A stretch of DNA of 64,000 nucleotides from Candidatus Uhrbacteria bacterium (GTDB lineage Bacteria > Patescibacteriota > Patescibacteriia > UBA9934), in NCBI GenBank assembly GCA_943354605.1, contig CALRCK010000001.1, forward strand, positions 148,936 to 212,935. The letters run 5' to 3'. This document shows positions 1 through 8,776 of this stretch, piece after piece (the first letter of the stretch is position 1; each line of letters starts with the position of its first letter). The notes under the pieces were generated by a model that was not told the origin of the DNA, did no database searches, and saw only the letters and a program-made list of their open reading frames with translations. Position numbers and translations under genes: made by a program.

Positions 1-773
1 CGCGTGACCGCGTGAAGGAAGCGGGGGAGGACCGCGCCGAGGCTCTTGCAACGCTCCGCTCCGCACTCGTCACATTCTCCAAGATGCTCGCGCCATTCAT
101 GCCATTCTTGGCGGAAATGATGTACCGCGACGTGACTGGTTCCGCAGAATCGGACTCTGTGCATTTGCAGGAGTGGCCGGTAATGAAGAAAGGATTAGAT
201 CGATTGAAAGAGGGGGTTATGGTCATGGGCGAGCCTTCCGATAGGTTATCGTTACCAGGAAATGACGATCTGATTCTTCAAAGTATGGGCGAAGCCCGTG
301 CCATCGTCTCTCGCGCCATGGAAAAGCGCGACAATGCTGGTCGTTCAGTGAAACAGGCACTTGGGTCGATGACAATCACAACGCCGTCTGGCGCAATCGA
401 CGCGGGAATCCTCGAGGTGATTCTCGACGAAGTGAATGTGAAGACGGCAACCGTGGTGAAAGGTGCCGAGCTCGCGGTTGATGTCGATACCAATCTCACG
501 CCAGAACTTATTCGCGAGGGAATTGCCCGCGAAGTGACTCGCCGCGTGAACGGCATGCGTAAGGATGCTGGACTGACGATCGCCGACCGTATCGACCTTC
601 ACATGGATTCGGCCTCGGACGAGGTGAAGATGATGTTCGAGGAGCATGCAGAGGCCATTAAGGCCGACACGCTCGCGTCCTCGATCTTCCTCGGCCCAAT
701 TCCCGAAGGCGCGACGCAGGTTTCGTTCCGTGTTGCGGAACAGGACATCGTCATCGGGTTCGTTCGCGCGTAA
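1..773 (+). CDS. ileS: isoleucyl-tRNA synthetase, C-terminal fragment (5' end lies outside the window)
   Basis: The translation '...LAPFMPFLAEMMYRDVTG...' matches the C-terminal anticodon-binding region of class I IleRS. The frame is open to position 1. Confidence 0.7.
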   Translation, partial: RDRVKEAGEDRAEALATLRSALVTFSKMLAPFMPFLAEMMYRDVTGSAESDSVHLQEWPVMKKGLDRLKEGVMVMGEPSDRLSLPGNDDLILQSMGEARAIVSRAMEKRDNAGRSVKQALGSMTITTPSGAIDAGILEVILDEVNVKTATVVKGAELAVDVDTNLTPELIREGIAREVTRRVNGMRKDAGLTIADRIDLHMDSASDEVKMMFEEHAEAIKADTLASSIFLGPIPEGATQVSFRVAEQDIVIGFVRA

Positions 774-971
774 TATTTCACCCAACACAGCATCCCCAAA
801 ATCGGGGATGCTGTGTTTTATATTTTGGCTAATATTAGTTTTTTTACTTGACAAAAGTCACTTTTTGTGGCACAGTAGACATATGGCAAGTCGTACCTGG
901 CAAAGGTTCGGCGCCTCAGCTCTCGCCACCGTGCGAGAGTTTTGGTTTTTTAGGCCTGCTATACTTTCGTT

Positions 972-1823
972 ATGTCCCTTGATCCGCTGACTAGTATTAT
1001 CATTTCCCCAAAGAACGACGTGGAGTCGCTCACCATTGTTTCGCTTGCGGAAGCGTTGCATATTCCGTGCATTGTTTCGGCACAGCCGCACGGCGCAACG
1101 CTCGATGCGGAGCCGAATCTCGTCGATAGAATTCGTGAAACCAATCCGGTTGCGCACGATATTGTCATCGTAGAAATGCCCAATGTTTCCACGGAAGACA
1201 AGCTGCGTGAGCTTGGGTTTGACGTGCACGTCGTCGATCATCACCGCTACGAATCGCTTGATCGCATGAAAAAGGAAAGTTCGCTAGAGCAGATTCGTGT
1301 GCTGTTCGATATGGACGACACGACGCTTCGGATTGCGGGATTTGATCCGGTGCTCATTCGTGGCGTTGGGCTGATCGACCGTGGCTTTGTGTGGGAACTC
1401 GCAAAAGAGAATGTTCCGGAAGCTGATCGGAAGCGGATGATTGCGCATTATCGTGAGCAAAACGCGATACTCGATCCTGACCAGGCAAAGGAGGAGAAAG
1501 CGGCGATGAGTGCATGGAAAAAACGGGAAGAGATCGACGGGGTGATTGTGGTAACCATTCCCAATCCTGCACTGCGGATTCGTGAGGCGATTTCGTTCCT
1601 TGCAGCGCAAGATTTTTCCGAAGCGCCAGTAACGGTTATTTATCAACCGGGCCGCATCGTGTACATCCAAGAAACACCAACGGCGCTCGCATTGCAGCAA
1701 ACGTTTGGCGGATTCACGTTTGGACAGAATTTGTGTTGGGGAAAGCCGATAGATGCGGACGGAAATTTACCAACAGTGGACGAAGTGATTGCTGCACATC
1801 GCTTGGCGCTTCTCACGAACTAG
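972..1823 (+). CDS. hypothetical protein
   Basis: 283-aa ORF with no recognisable motif beyond a 'VVDHHRY' segment. Coding-like composition. Confidence 0.4.
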   Translation: MSLDPLTSIIISPKNDVESLTIVSLAEALHIPCIVSAQPHGATLDAEPNLVDRIRETNPVAHDIVIVEMPNVSTEDKLRELGFDVHVVDHHRYESLDRMKKESSLEQIRVLFDMDDTTLRIAGFDPVLIRGVGLIDRGFVWELAKENVPEADRKRMIAHYREQNAILDPDQAKEEKAAMSAWKKREEIDGVIVVTIPNPALRIREAISFLAAQDFSEAPVTVIYQPGRIVYIQETPTALALQQTFGGFTFGQNLCWGKPIDADGNLPTVDEVIAAHRLALLTN

Positions 1824-1824
1824 T

Positions 1825-2994
1825 ATGGATTTTCTCGCGAAGCCAGAGCACCGATCCACGCGATCGGTTCAGACTCTTATCGATGCAATACTTACAGAAT
1901 CTCGGCTACGCGACGCTCGAGATCGGTTCGGCGCGATCGCACAAGGTATTCCATCGCTCTCAGCGTTACCGACCACGCCGCAAACTGCACCGCGCCATTG
2001 CGAAGGACCGTTTGTTTCAGATCACATCGTTCGAACGTTTGCTGCAATCGATGCTATCGCGAGTGGTGAATCGATGCGAGATTGTGAGGATATCGCAACG
2101 GATCCTATACTCTCCCTCGCACTACTCGATGCAGAGGAGGCGATTCGTGATTTTCCCGACGTGTTTCGCGCGTTTGCCGTCATGCACAATATTGCGAAGC
2201 CGGATCGGTTGTTGTTGATCGCTGAGCCTGGATCGGCGGGGGAGAAGGAGGGGTTTGTGCAATCGAATCGGCGAGCAGATGAATACACGACATCATCGGA
2301 ACTTCATCGTTACGATAAAATGCGACGTGCACATGGTGCCGATAATGCATCGTGGTTTGCGCAGTCCGGAATTATCGCAACATACGACGACGCCGATCGT
2401 GCGGTGATTGCTCCTCAGTACGCCGAGGTTCGCGCGGCGATTATTCACCACTTGGGACTCGAGCATGCGTACGAAAAGTTCATTGCGGAGCTGTGTTGGA
2501 GCCACGACGACGTTGAGGAATTTTTCGTTACACCAGGGAATGAATCGGAGTTTGGTGTGTTTGCGGCGCGTGCAGGAAAAGCAGGACTGAACGTTGAAAA
2601 GTTTTTGGATGCGCTACTTGCCATCGCGTTATTGGACCACGATATCGGTCGAATAGGTCTTATTCGACCTATTCCGTTGCCAGTCTTCCGCGCATTCGCG
2701 TTTGCAGAACACGCGGCAATGCCGGAACGGTTTGCAACACGCGAGGCGCGACAGGCTCATGCGCGAAAGCTTCGGATCAAAGCAATTCTTGGGGATTCCG
2801 GCCTTGCTCCGGAAGCGATATTTACACTATTGAACACGCCGATCGGCCCCGAGCGTGGCACGGTGATGGAGCACGTGTATCAGGTGATTCGCGGAGAATC
2901 GAAGGGGGAAGTGTTTGGTGCCCACGCAGATCATATTCGTGACTGCGCGCTTCGTGCACAGAAGCTGCTCGCAGCTGAGGGGCTTTCAGTATAA
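1825..2994 (+). CDS. hypothetical protein (possibly a degenerate HD-like domain)
   Basis: Long ORF. I chose the ATG at 1825, just after the upstream stop. A 'VMHNIAKPD' segment is vaguely HD-like but not convincing. Confidence 0.4.
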   Translation: MDFLAKPEHRSTRSVQTLIDAILTESRLRDARDRFGAIAQGIPSLSALPTTPQTAPRHCEGPFVSDHIVRTFAAIDAIASGESMRDCEDIATDPILSLALLDAEEAIRDFPDVFRAFAVMHNIAKPDRLLLIAEPGSAGEKEGFVQSNRRADEYTTSSELHRYDKMRRAHGADNASWFAQSGIIATYDDADRAVIAPQYAEVRAAIIHHLGLEHAYEKFIAELCWSHDDVEEFFVTPGNESEFGVFAARAGKAGLNVEKFLDALLAIALLDHDIGRIGLIRPIPLPVFRAFAFAEHAAMPERFATREARQAHARKLRIKAILGDSGLAPEAIFTLLNTPIGPERGTVMEHVYQVIRGESKGEVFGAHADHIRDCALRAQKLLAAEGLSV

Positions 2995-3147
2995 GATTTG
3001 TTCAGATTCGATGAGACCCCCAGTTATTCTGAGCGAAGCGAAGAATCTCTCGTAGGTTATCAGAGTGATCCCTGCGGAGATGCTTACCCCTCCGGGGCAC
3101 AAGTCGCCCGTGCTCAGCATGACGGAAGTGAAAAGTGCCCAGAATGT

Positions 3148-3705
3148 ATGATCGCATACTTAGACGGAACAATTACGGGATTAGAATCCGACGGCGTCCT
3201 TTTGGAGGTGAGTGGCGTGGGATACCGTGTTTTTGTCGCGCGACAGAAATGTGAAGTTGGCGACAGAACTCGCTTTTGGATCAGCGAGATTATTCGTGAG
3301 GACAAACACGATTTGTATGGATTCTCCGATCGTTCAGATCAGGCGTTGTTTGAGCAATTCATGGGCGTGTCTGGCGTTGGGCCAAAACTTGCGCAGAAAA
3401 TTCTCGCCGCAGGAAGTGCGGAAGACATTATTCGCCACATTCATACGGACGATGTGGCATTCCTTAACGCGATTTCTGGCGTTGGGAAGAAAACCGCGCA
3501 GAAGATCATTCTCGATTTGAAGGGCGTGCTTGTTTTGGAAGATAGGTCGAATGAGACCAATACGACCTATTCGGAGGTCGCCGACGCCCTTGAAAGTCTC
3601 GGCTACTCAAAGGCGGATATTTCCGGAATTGCAAAAGATATTACTGGCGAAACCACAGAATCTCGCGTAAAATCGGCATTAAAGCTTTTGTCTCGCCACG
3701 TATGA
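3148..3705 (+). CDS. ruvA: Holliday junction DNA helicase RuvA
   Basis: 'MIAYLDGTI...GVGYRVFV...LYGF...LFEQFMGVSGVGPKLAQKIL' is a typical RuvA N-terminal/HhH arrangement. I chose the internal ATG at 3148. Confidence 0.85.
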   Translation: MIAYLDGTITGLESDGVLLEVSGVGYRVFVARQKCEVGDRTRFWISEIIREDKHDLYGFSDRSDQALFEQFMGVSGVGPKLAQKILAAGSAEDIIRHIHTDDVAFLNAISGVGKKTAQKIILDLKGVLVLEDRSNETNTTYSEVADALESLGYSKADISGIAKDITGETTESRVKSALKLLSRHV

Positions 3706-4673
3706 CGACGGAATACTCGCCGCAAGAATGGGATGCGTTGGTTGCGCGCTTTGCTCCAGTAAGCGGGGCTTTTTTGCAGTCGTTTGCGTGGGGGGAGTTT
3801 CAAAAGAGCCAGGGAAGGGAAGTTCGGCGGTTGGCTGAGAGCAACGGAGATCGATTCATGATTGCGCAGGCGATGAAACTCAAGGCTCCGCTCGGCATTT
3901 CCTATTGGCTCGTGCCGAAGGGCCCTATTGGTGATGCGGCCTCGGAGTTCGTGCGTAAGGCGTTGATTGCTGAACTTGGAGCAGGATCGGATTACATTCG
4001 CACGGAATCGATCGCGCGATTGCCGAAATCGATTGCAGCAAAAGAAACGCATCCAAAAACCACGCGGATTCTGGATCTCACGAAAGGCTACGAAGCGGTG
4101 TTTGGCGAGTTCAATGCTCGCGTTCGATACAACACACGGCTTGGAACAAAGAAGGGCGTGGTTTGTGAGTTCGTTGGTCTTGATCGGTTCGACGAGTTTG
4201 TCGACCTGATGAAACAGACTGCAGAACGCGACGCATTCTCGATCCACGAGATTGCGTATTATAAATCCATGATCGAATCACTCGGCGCTGAGCCATCGTG
4301 TCACGCAAAGCTCGCGATTGCGTCGAAGGACGGGATTCCTCTTGCTGCAACACTTACCATCGATTCCTTTGGCACGCGAACGTATCTTCATGGTGCTTCG
4401 GGTAATCAAATGCGCGAACTCAAGGCAACGCATGTCCTTCAAGATTTCGTCATTCACGACGCTATCGACGCCGGAATGATTCGCTACGACTTCTGGGGGA
4501 TTGCGCCTGAAGGATCGTCCGCAAACCACCCCTGGGCCGGCATCACCGAATTCAAAAAAGCCTTCGGTGGCTCCATTTACGCCACCGCCGGCACCTTTGA
4601 TATTCCCGTGAACATTCCGAAATATTGGATGTACCGTGTTGCGAGATTTACGCGATCACTGATCGGAAAATAG
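3702..4673 (+). CDS. FemAB-family peptidoglycan interpeptide-bridge aminoacyltransferase
   Basis: '...YDFWGIAP...GITEFKKAFGG' and the overall FemAB/FemX organisation. The start overlaps the ruvA stop. Confidence 0.75.
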   Translation: MTTEYSPQEWDALVARFAPVSGAFLQSFAWGEFQKSQGREVRRLAESNGDRFMIAQAMKLKAPLGISYWLVPKGPIGDAASEFVRKALIAELGAGSDYIRTESIARLPKSIAAKETHPKTTRILDLTKGYEAVFGEFNARVRYNTRLGTKKGVVCEFVGLDRFDEFVDLMKQTAERDAFSIHEIAYYKSMIESLGAEPSCHAKLAIASKDGIPLAATLTIDSFGTRTYLHGASGNQMRELKATHVLQDFVIHDAIDAGMIRYDFWGIAPEGSSANHPWAGITEFKKAFGGSIYATAGTFDIPVNIPKYWMYRVARFTRSLIGK

Positions 4674-4759
4674 ATTACGCGAGGAGCCCTATCACCAAAA
4701 TCAGCGTAATCGACACTCCCGCGAACACGAGGACTAGGGTGAGGGCGAATTTCATAGGG

Positions 4760-5464
4760 TTACCATGTTGTTTTTCTCGTCGCGCTACGCGCTTCGTCAA
4801 AGAGGTGATTTTGTGGATTCTGGGCCCATTCGACCGCATCGCCATCAATGTATTTCAACTTTCCTGACGGCGTGACTTTGAAATTTGTACAGTTTGTATC
4901 AGGACCAAAGTTTAGAGCGCGGCATTCGTCTAAAAATACGGAGACATCAGTTCCTTTTTTGGGGTATTCTCCGAAGATAAACTCCACACCAAGAATAGTT
5001 TTTTCGTTTTCTTGGAAGAGATGATTTTTAGGGAAGGATTCGGATGCGTTTAGCTGAGCGAGGCGGTTCGCCACGTCCGGAAGCGACGAGTCGAAGTCTT
5101 CAAAAAGGAGGTAGAAGGCATCTTCGACCTTCTTCGCTTTTCGTTCTTTGCCATCTGAGAGGAGAAGATAAAAGATGTCGGTTTTCGTTTGGTCTGGAAG
5201 AATAAAATATGGCTCGCGGTATGAAAGTTTGCTGAGACGAGCAATCTGCCTGTTGTACATTTCATTTTCCGGAGTTTGTGCATAGCGGCCTCGAGAGCGT
5301 TCGTAATGAACTTTTCTGAGCTTCGAGATGTCTTCGTCCCCGATTCCAAGAAAGGCTCGGGTGTGTGTTGTTTTCAAAATTCTCAGAAGCGTTTCCTCGG
5401 CGTATTCTTGGCTAAAAGTTCGCTCTGATGTTTGTGCGTCGAATGATTCAATGGTCATATTCAC
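4760..5464 (-). CDS. hypothetical protein
   Basis: 234-aa ORF with coding-like composition and no confident family assignment. Confidence 0.4.
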   Translation of the reverse strand: MNMTIESFDAQTSERTFSQEYAEETLLRILKTTHTRAFLGIGDEDISKLRKVHYERSRGRYAQTPENEMYNRQIARLSKLSYREPYFILPDQTKTDIFYLLLSDGKERKAKKVEDAFYLLFEDFDSSLPDVANRLAQLNASESFPKNHLFQENEKTILGVEFIFGEYPKKGTDVSVFLDECRALNFGPDTNCTNFKVTPSGKLKYIDGDAVEWAQNPQNHLFDEARSATRKTTW

Positions 5465-6726
5465 GGCAACATGCTGAATTTTTCTTGGTGAATGTGGTGG
5501 TGGGGAACGTTGAGGGCGAAGAGTTGGTCGCGCATCGCTTTCACCATACCACCTGGGCCACAGAGGAACACGTCGGTTTTTGCAGGATCGAGACCGGTGA
5601 GTGCCGATGCTGCGGTGAGGAAGCCTTTTTCTTTGCTATTCCAAACAGCGATTTTGAGGTTTGGTTTGCGTTTCGCGAGCGTAGCAAGATCGCGTTCAAC
5701 AGCGTTTTCGGTATCGTCGGAAATTGCGTAGTACAGCGTGGCGTTGTAGTCGTCGGGAAGCGATTCTGCAAAGGCGAGGAACGGCGTAATCCCAATGCCG
5801 CCAGCAATCCAGCACTGCGTTTTGCCGCCGCTGGTGTATGTGAAGCTTCCGTAGGGCCCCTCAACCATTGCTTCGTCGCCAACAACAAGATTGTGGAGTG
5901 TGTTCGTAAAGTCGCCGAGTTTTTTCGTCACAAACCGAATCGAGCCGTTCGGTCCAGATGCTGCAATCGAGAACGGATGCTCCTCAGCTTTTACGCCGTT
6001 ACTCATGTAGGTGATGTACGCAAACTGTCCTGGTTTGATGTCGAATCCACGATCTTTCGGCGTAAGCGTCACATCAACAAATTTCTCGTTGATGACGTTT
6101 ACGCTTTTGACGACATATGGTGTTCGATGGACAAAGAGACGGTTGAATAGGACGCGATAGACGATGGCGCAAACGCCAAGCGCAAGGAAAATCACGAACA
6201 AAAGCTTCAATAACGGCATGGTTTGAATATCGCCACCAATCATGACGCCGTGGATTGCGCCAAGGATGAACGCGAGGGCAAGGTATTGATGGACCTTTTT
6301 CCAAATGTGATACGGTAGGCGAACGTAGTAGGTACAAATAATGCACACGGTCATGATGATGAGGCTGAACACGCCAAGGTTCTTTGCAAGATCGCCGACC
6401 GGAAGAAGAAAGATCGCGGTGTCCTTGAGGGAGAATTCGATGAATTGCCATGCGAGAAAGAGGGGGTGGAGTACCAGCGCCATGAGGGCGAGGGTGCCGA
6501 TGGTTTGATGGAAGCGATACGACTGACCAAGGTCGCCAAAGATTTTTTCTTGCAGTGGAATGCGAATCGCAAGAAGAATCGCCAGAGTAAACGCCGAAAA
6601 ACCAAACACGCCGAGGATTCGTCCAAGGTAGGGGATTGAGGCAACTGGCGGCTCGGCAACGAGCCAGAGGGCAAGGGGAAGCGCAAGAAAAAGCGAGACG
6701 GGAATTGTGCCCTTAGGAAGCCGCAT
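5461..6726 (-). CDS. ferric reductase-like transmembrane protein with FAD/NAD(P)-binding oxidoreductase domain
   Basis: Multi-helix His-containing membrane domain followed by 'HPFSI', 'GPYG' and 'GGIGITP' FNR-like motifs. I chose the start at 'MRLPKG' (6726) rather than 6816, because the upstream codons run through palindromic operator-like DNA. Confidence 0.65.
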   Translation of the reverse strand: MRLPKGTIPVSLFLALPLALWLVAEPPVASIPYLGRILGVFGFSAFTLAILLAIRIPLQEKIFGDLGQSYRFHQTIGTLALMALVLHPLFLAWQFIEFSLKDTAIFLLPVGDLAKNLGVFSLIIMTVCIICTYYVRLPYHIWKKVHQYLALAFILGAIHGVMIGGDIQTMPLLKLLFVIFLALGVCAIVYRVLFNRLFVHRTPYVVKSVNVINEKFVDVTLTPKDRGFDIKPGQFAYITYMSNGVKAEEHPFSIAASGPNGSIRFVTKKLGDFTNTLHNLVVGDEAMVEGPYGSFTYTSGGKTQCWIAGGIGITPFLAFAESLPDDYNATLYYAISDDTENAVERDLATLAKRKPNLKIAVWNSKEKGFLTAASALTGLDPAKTDVFLCGPGGMVKAMRDQLFALNVPHHHIHQEKFSMLP

Positions 6727-6776
6727 AGATGTCGGAATGATAGCTGATTTTATCGGCGAAGCTAAGCTTCGCCAAA

Positions 6777-6856
6777 ACAAAGTCCGACTTTGATTCATCG
6801 AATTTATAAAATACATGGCGTTTTTAGAAAGAGTTTAGGTCAAAGTCGGACTTTGA
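6777..6856 (-). promoter_or_regulatory. Pair of 15-17 bp palindromes (cAAAGTCcGACTTTg at 6777-6793 and its reverse complement at 6840-6856) bracketing a TATAAA box upstream of the ferric-reductase gene
   Basis: Seen directly in the sequence. The centre-to-centre spacing is about 63 bp, and the intervening minus strand reads 'TATTTTATAAAT'. Confidence 0.45.
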
Positions 6857-6870
6857 CCTAAACGAGAACG

Positions 6871-6892
6871 CCCCGGCCTGCGTGGCCGGGGG
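6871..6892 (-). terminator. GC hairpin (ccccggcc-tgcgt-ggccgggg) downstream of tdk
   Basis: Perfect 8-bp GC stem just 3' of the tdk stop on the minus strand. The U-tract is weak. Confidence 0.35.
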
Positions 6893-6912
6893 TTCGTGGG
6901 GTCGCGCCTTGA

Positions 6913-7500
6913 TCACTCCGCTGGAGTTCCTTCCGGAATCCAGTGGAGGATGCAACGAGCGTCGTAGTTTTCCTTTTCACCGACCAGCACGACCTCGGTG
7001 TCTCTCGTGAGGCGCTGCGAGAAGCTGGCCGTCTGTCCGCACACCGTGCAGATCGCGGTAAGCACCGTGATGCTGTCGGCGACCGCCAGGAGCGCAGGTC
7101 CGGGGCCGGGGAAAGGGTCCCCGGCGAAGGTCTGGTTCAGGATGACGAGGATCACGCGTCGCCCGGTCTGGCGGAGCCACCGAACGAAACCGACAAGCTC
7201 GTCATCGAAGAATTGCGCTTCGTCGATCCCGACGACCTCGATGTCGTCCGTGATGAGCTCTCGCATCTGGGCGACCGTGTGAACCGGATTCGCCATGAAC
7301 CTGCCGCCGCAGTGGCTCGCGATTCGCACCGGATCGTAGCGTCCGGAATCGTTGGCGTGCTTGAACACGATCAGCTTCTGCTTGGCGTATTGCGCACGAC
7401 GCAGGCGCCGAATGAGCTCTTCCGTCTTGCCGCTGAACATGCAGCCGGTGATGGCGTCGATCGAACCTGTAATCTGGCGGGTGTGAGATGCTGCGGTCAT
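6913..7500 (-). CDS. tdk: thymidine kinase
   Basis: 'ITGCMFSGKTEELIRR' P-loop and a C-terminal Cys cluster 'CTVCGQ...ARC'. The gene is conspicuously GC-rich relative to its flanks. Confidence 0.85.
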   Translation of the reverse strand: MTAASHTRQITGSIDAITGCMFSGKTEELIRRLRRAQYAKQKLIVFKHANDSGRYDPVRIASHCGGRFMANPVHTVAQMRELITDDIEVVGIDEAQFFDDELVGFVRWLRQTGRRVILVILNQTFAGDPFPGPGPALLAVADSITVLTAICTVCGQTASFSQRLTRDTEVVLVGEKENYDARCILHWIPEGTPAE

Positions 7501-7639
7501 GAACGGTCTCCTGGTGACCGATGCATTTTAGACGATTTGCGAGTGCGGAAAATGTTGTGCCGTGGATAACTCATTGTTGTGCACAGTCTATGCATTATGT
7601 TGAACACATTTTGTCCACACGGCGTGATAAAATGGGGTC

Positions 7640-8776
7640 ATGAGAATAGGTATCGATGCAAGATTCTACGGCCCGCGTGTTGGAGGCGGCGGCCTCGGCC
7701 GTTACACCGCAGAATTGGTGACGGCACTGCAGGACGTGGATAAGGAAAATGAGTACGTGCTTTTTTTACGCAAGGAAAACTTTCACGAGTGTGCCATTAC
7801 CAACGGAAACTTCACCAAACGCATGGTGGATGTTCCGTGGTATTCGTTTGCAGAACAGCGCGAAATGCCACGCGAAATTGCGTTGGCCAAGGTGAATCTC
7901 ATGCACTATCCGCATTGGAACGTGCCGATATTTTCCCGCGTGCCGTTTGTGGTGACGATTCACGACCTCATCTTGCTCGAAGATCCTGCGTCGTCGCGCG
8001 CAACCACGCGAAATGCCTTTCTGCACGGCATCAAGAGCATCGGCTACCGCATTGCGCTTGAAGCAGCGATTCATCGCAGCAAGCACATCGTCGCGATTTC
8101 CGAATACACCAAGCGATCCATTCTTGAGCACTTCCGGGTGCCTGGAGGAAAGATTTCCGTGGTGTACAACGGGGTTCGTCCGCCAGTAGGCGCCGAAAAG
8201 GCGACGCTTGCAGCGCTTGGTGTGCAACAGCCGTATGTGTTGTCTGTTGGCAATGCGTATCCGCACAAAAATCTCGAAACCACACTTCTTGCCTTCCGAA
8301 AACTTTGTGCCTCCGACGAGCGAACCATGCTTGTGCTCGCGGGAAAGCGCGATATGTTTGTGGAAAAGCTCGAGGCGTTTGCGCTGGAGATTGGCATTCC
8401 GTCGTCGCGGATTCGATTCGTGAACACGCCGACAGACGCGGTGCTTGCGCGGCTCTATCACGATGCTGCCCTCCTCGTGATTGCATCTCGCATTGAAGGG
8501 TTTGGCATTCCACCACTTGAGGCGCTTGCGCTGGGCATTCCTGTTGCCGCAAGCCACGCGTCGTCGTTACCCGAAGTGCTTGGAGACACGGTGCGATATT
8601 TTGACACTGACGATGAAGACGCCCTTGCCCGACTGATGTTCGACGCAGTCCATCAGCCAAGCGCATGGCATGGCCTGAAAGCTGCCGGTATTCGCCAAGC
8701 CGAGAAGTTCTCGTGGAAAAAGACGGCGCTTGCGATGAGAGATATCTATCGAAATTTTGCTGACCGACGACTGTGA
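7640..8776 (+). CDS. glycosyltransferase family 4 (GT1/GT4 fold)
   Basis: 'MRIGIDARFYG...' N-terminus and a C-terminal 'EGFGIPPLEALALGIPV' donor-binding motif. Confidence 0.8.
   Translation: MRIGIDARFYGPRVGGGGLGRYTAELVTALQDVDKENEYVLFLRKENFHECAITNGNFTKRMVDVPWYSFAEQREMPREIALAKVNLMHYPHWNVPIFSRVPFVVTIHDLILLEDPASSRATTRNAFLHGIKSIGYRIALEAAIHRSKHIVAISEYTKRSILEHFRVPGGKISVVYNGVRPPVGAEKATLAALGVQQPYVLSVGNAYPHKNLETTLLAFRKLCASDERTMLVLAGKRDMFVEKLEAFALEIGIPSSRIRFVNTPTDAVLARLYHDAALLVIASRIEGFGIPPLEALALGIPVAASHASSLPEVLGDTVRYFDTDDEDALARLMFDAVHQPSAWHGLKAAGIRQAEKFSWKKTALAMRDIYRNFADRRL

Noticed and set aside
6727-6816. Upstream ATG (6816) as the start of the ferric-reductase gene
   Set aside because: The extra 30 codons would be translated from the palindromic operator/promoter region and add a non-hydrophobic N-terminus. 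The 'MRLPKG' start at 6726 precedes the first TM helix.
6943-7569. 208-aa plus-strand ORF (and several others) overlapping tdk
   Set aside because: It is antisense to a well-supported tdk. It is Arg/Gly/Pro-rich, as expected for open antisense frames in GC-rich DNA.
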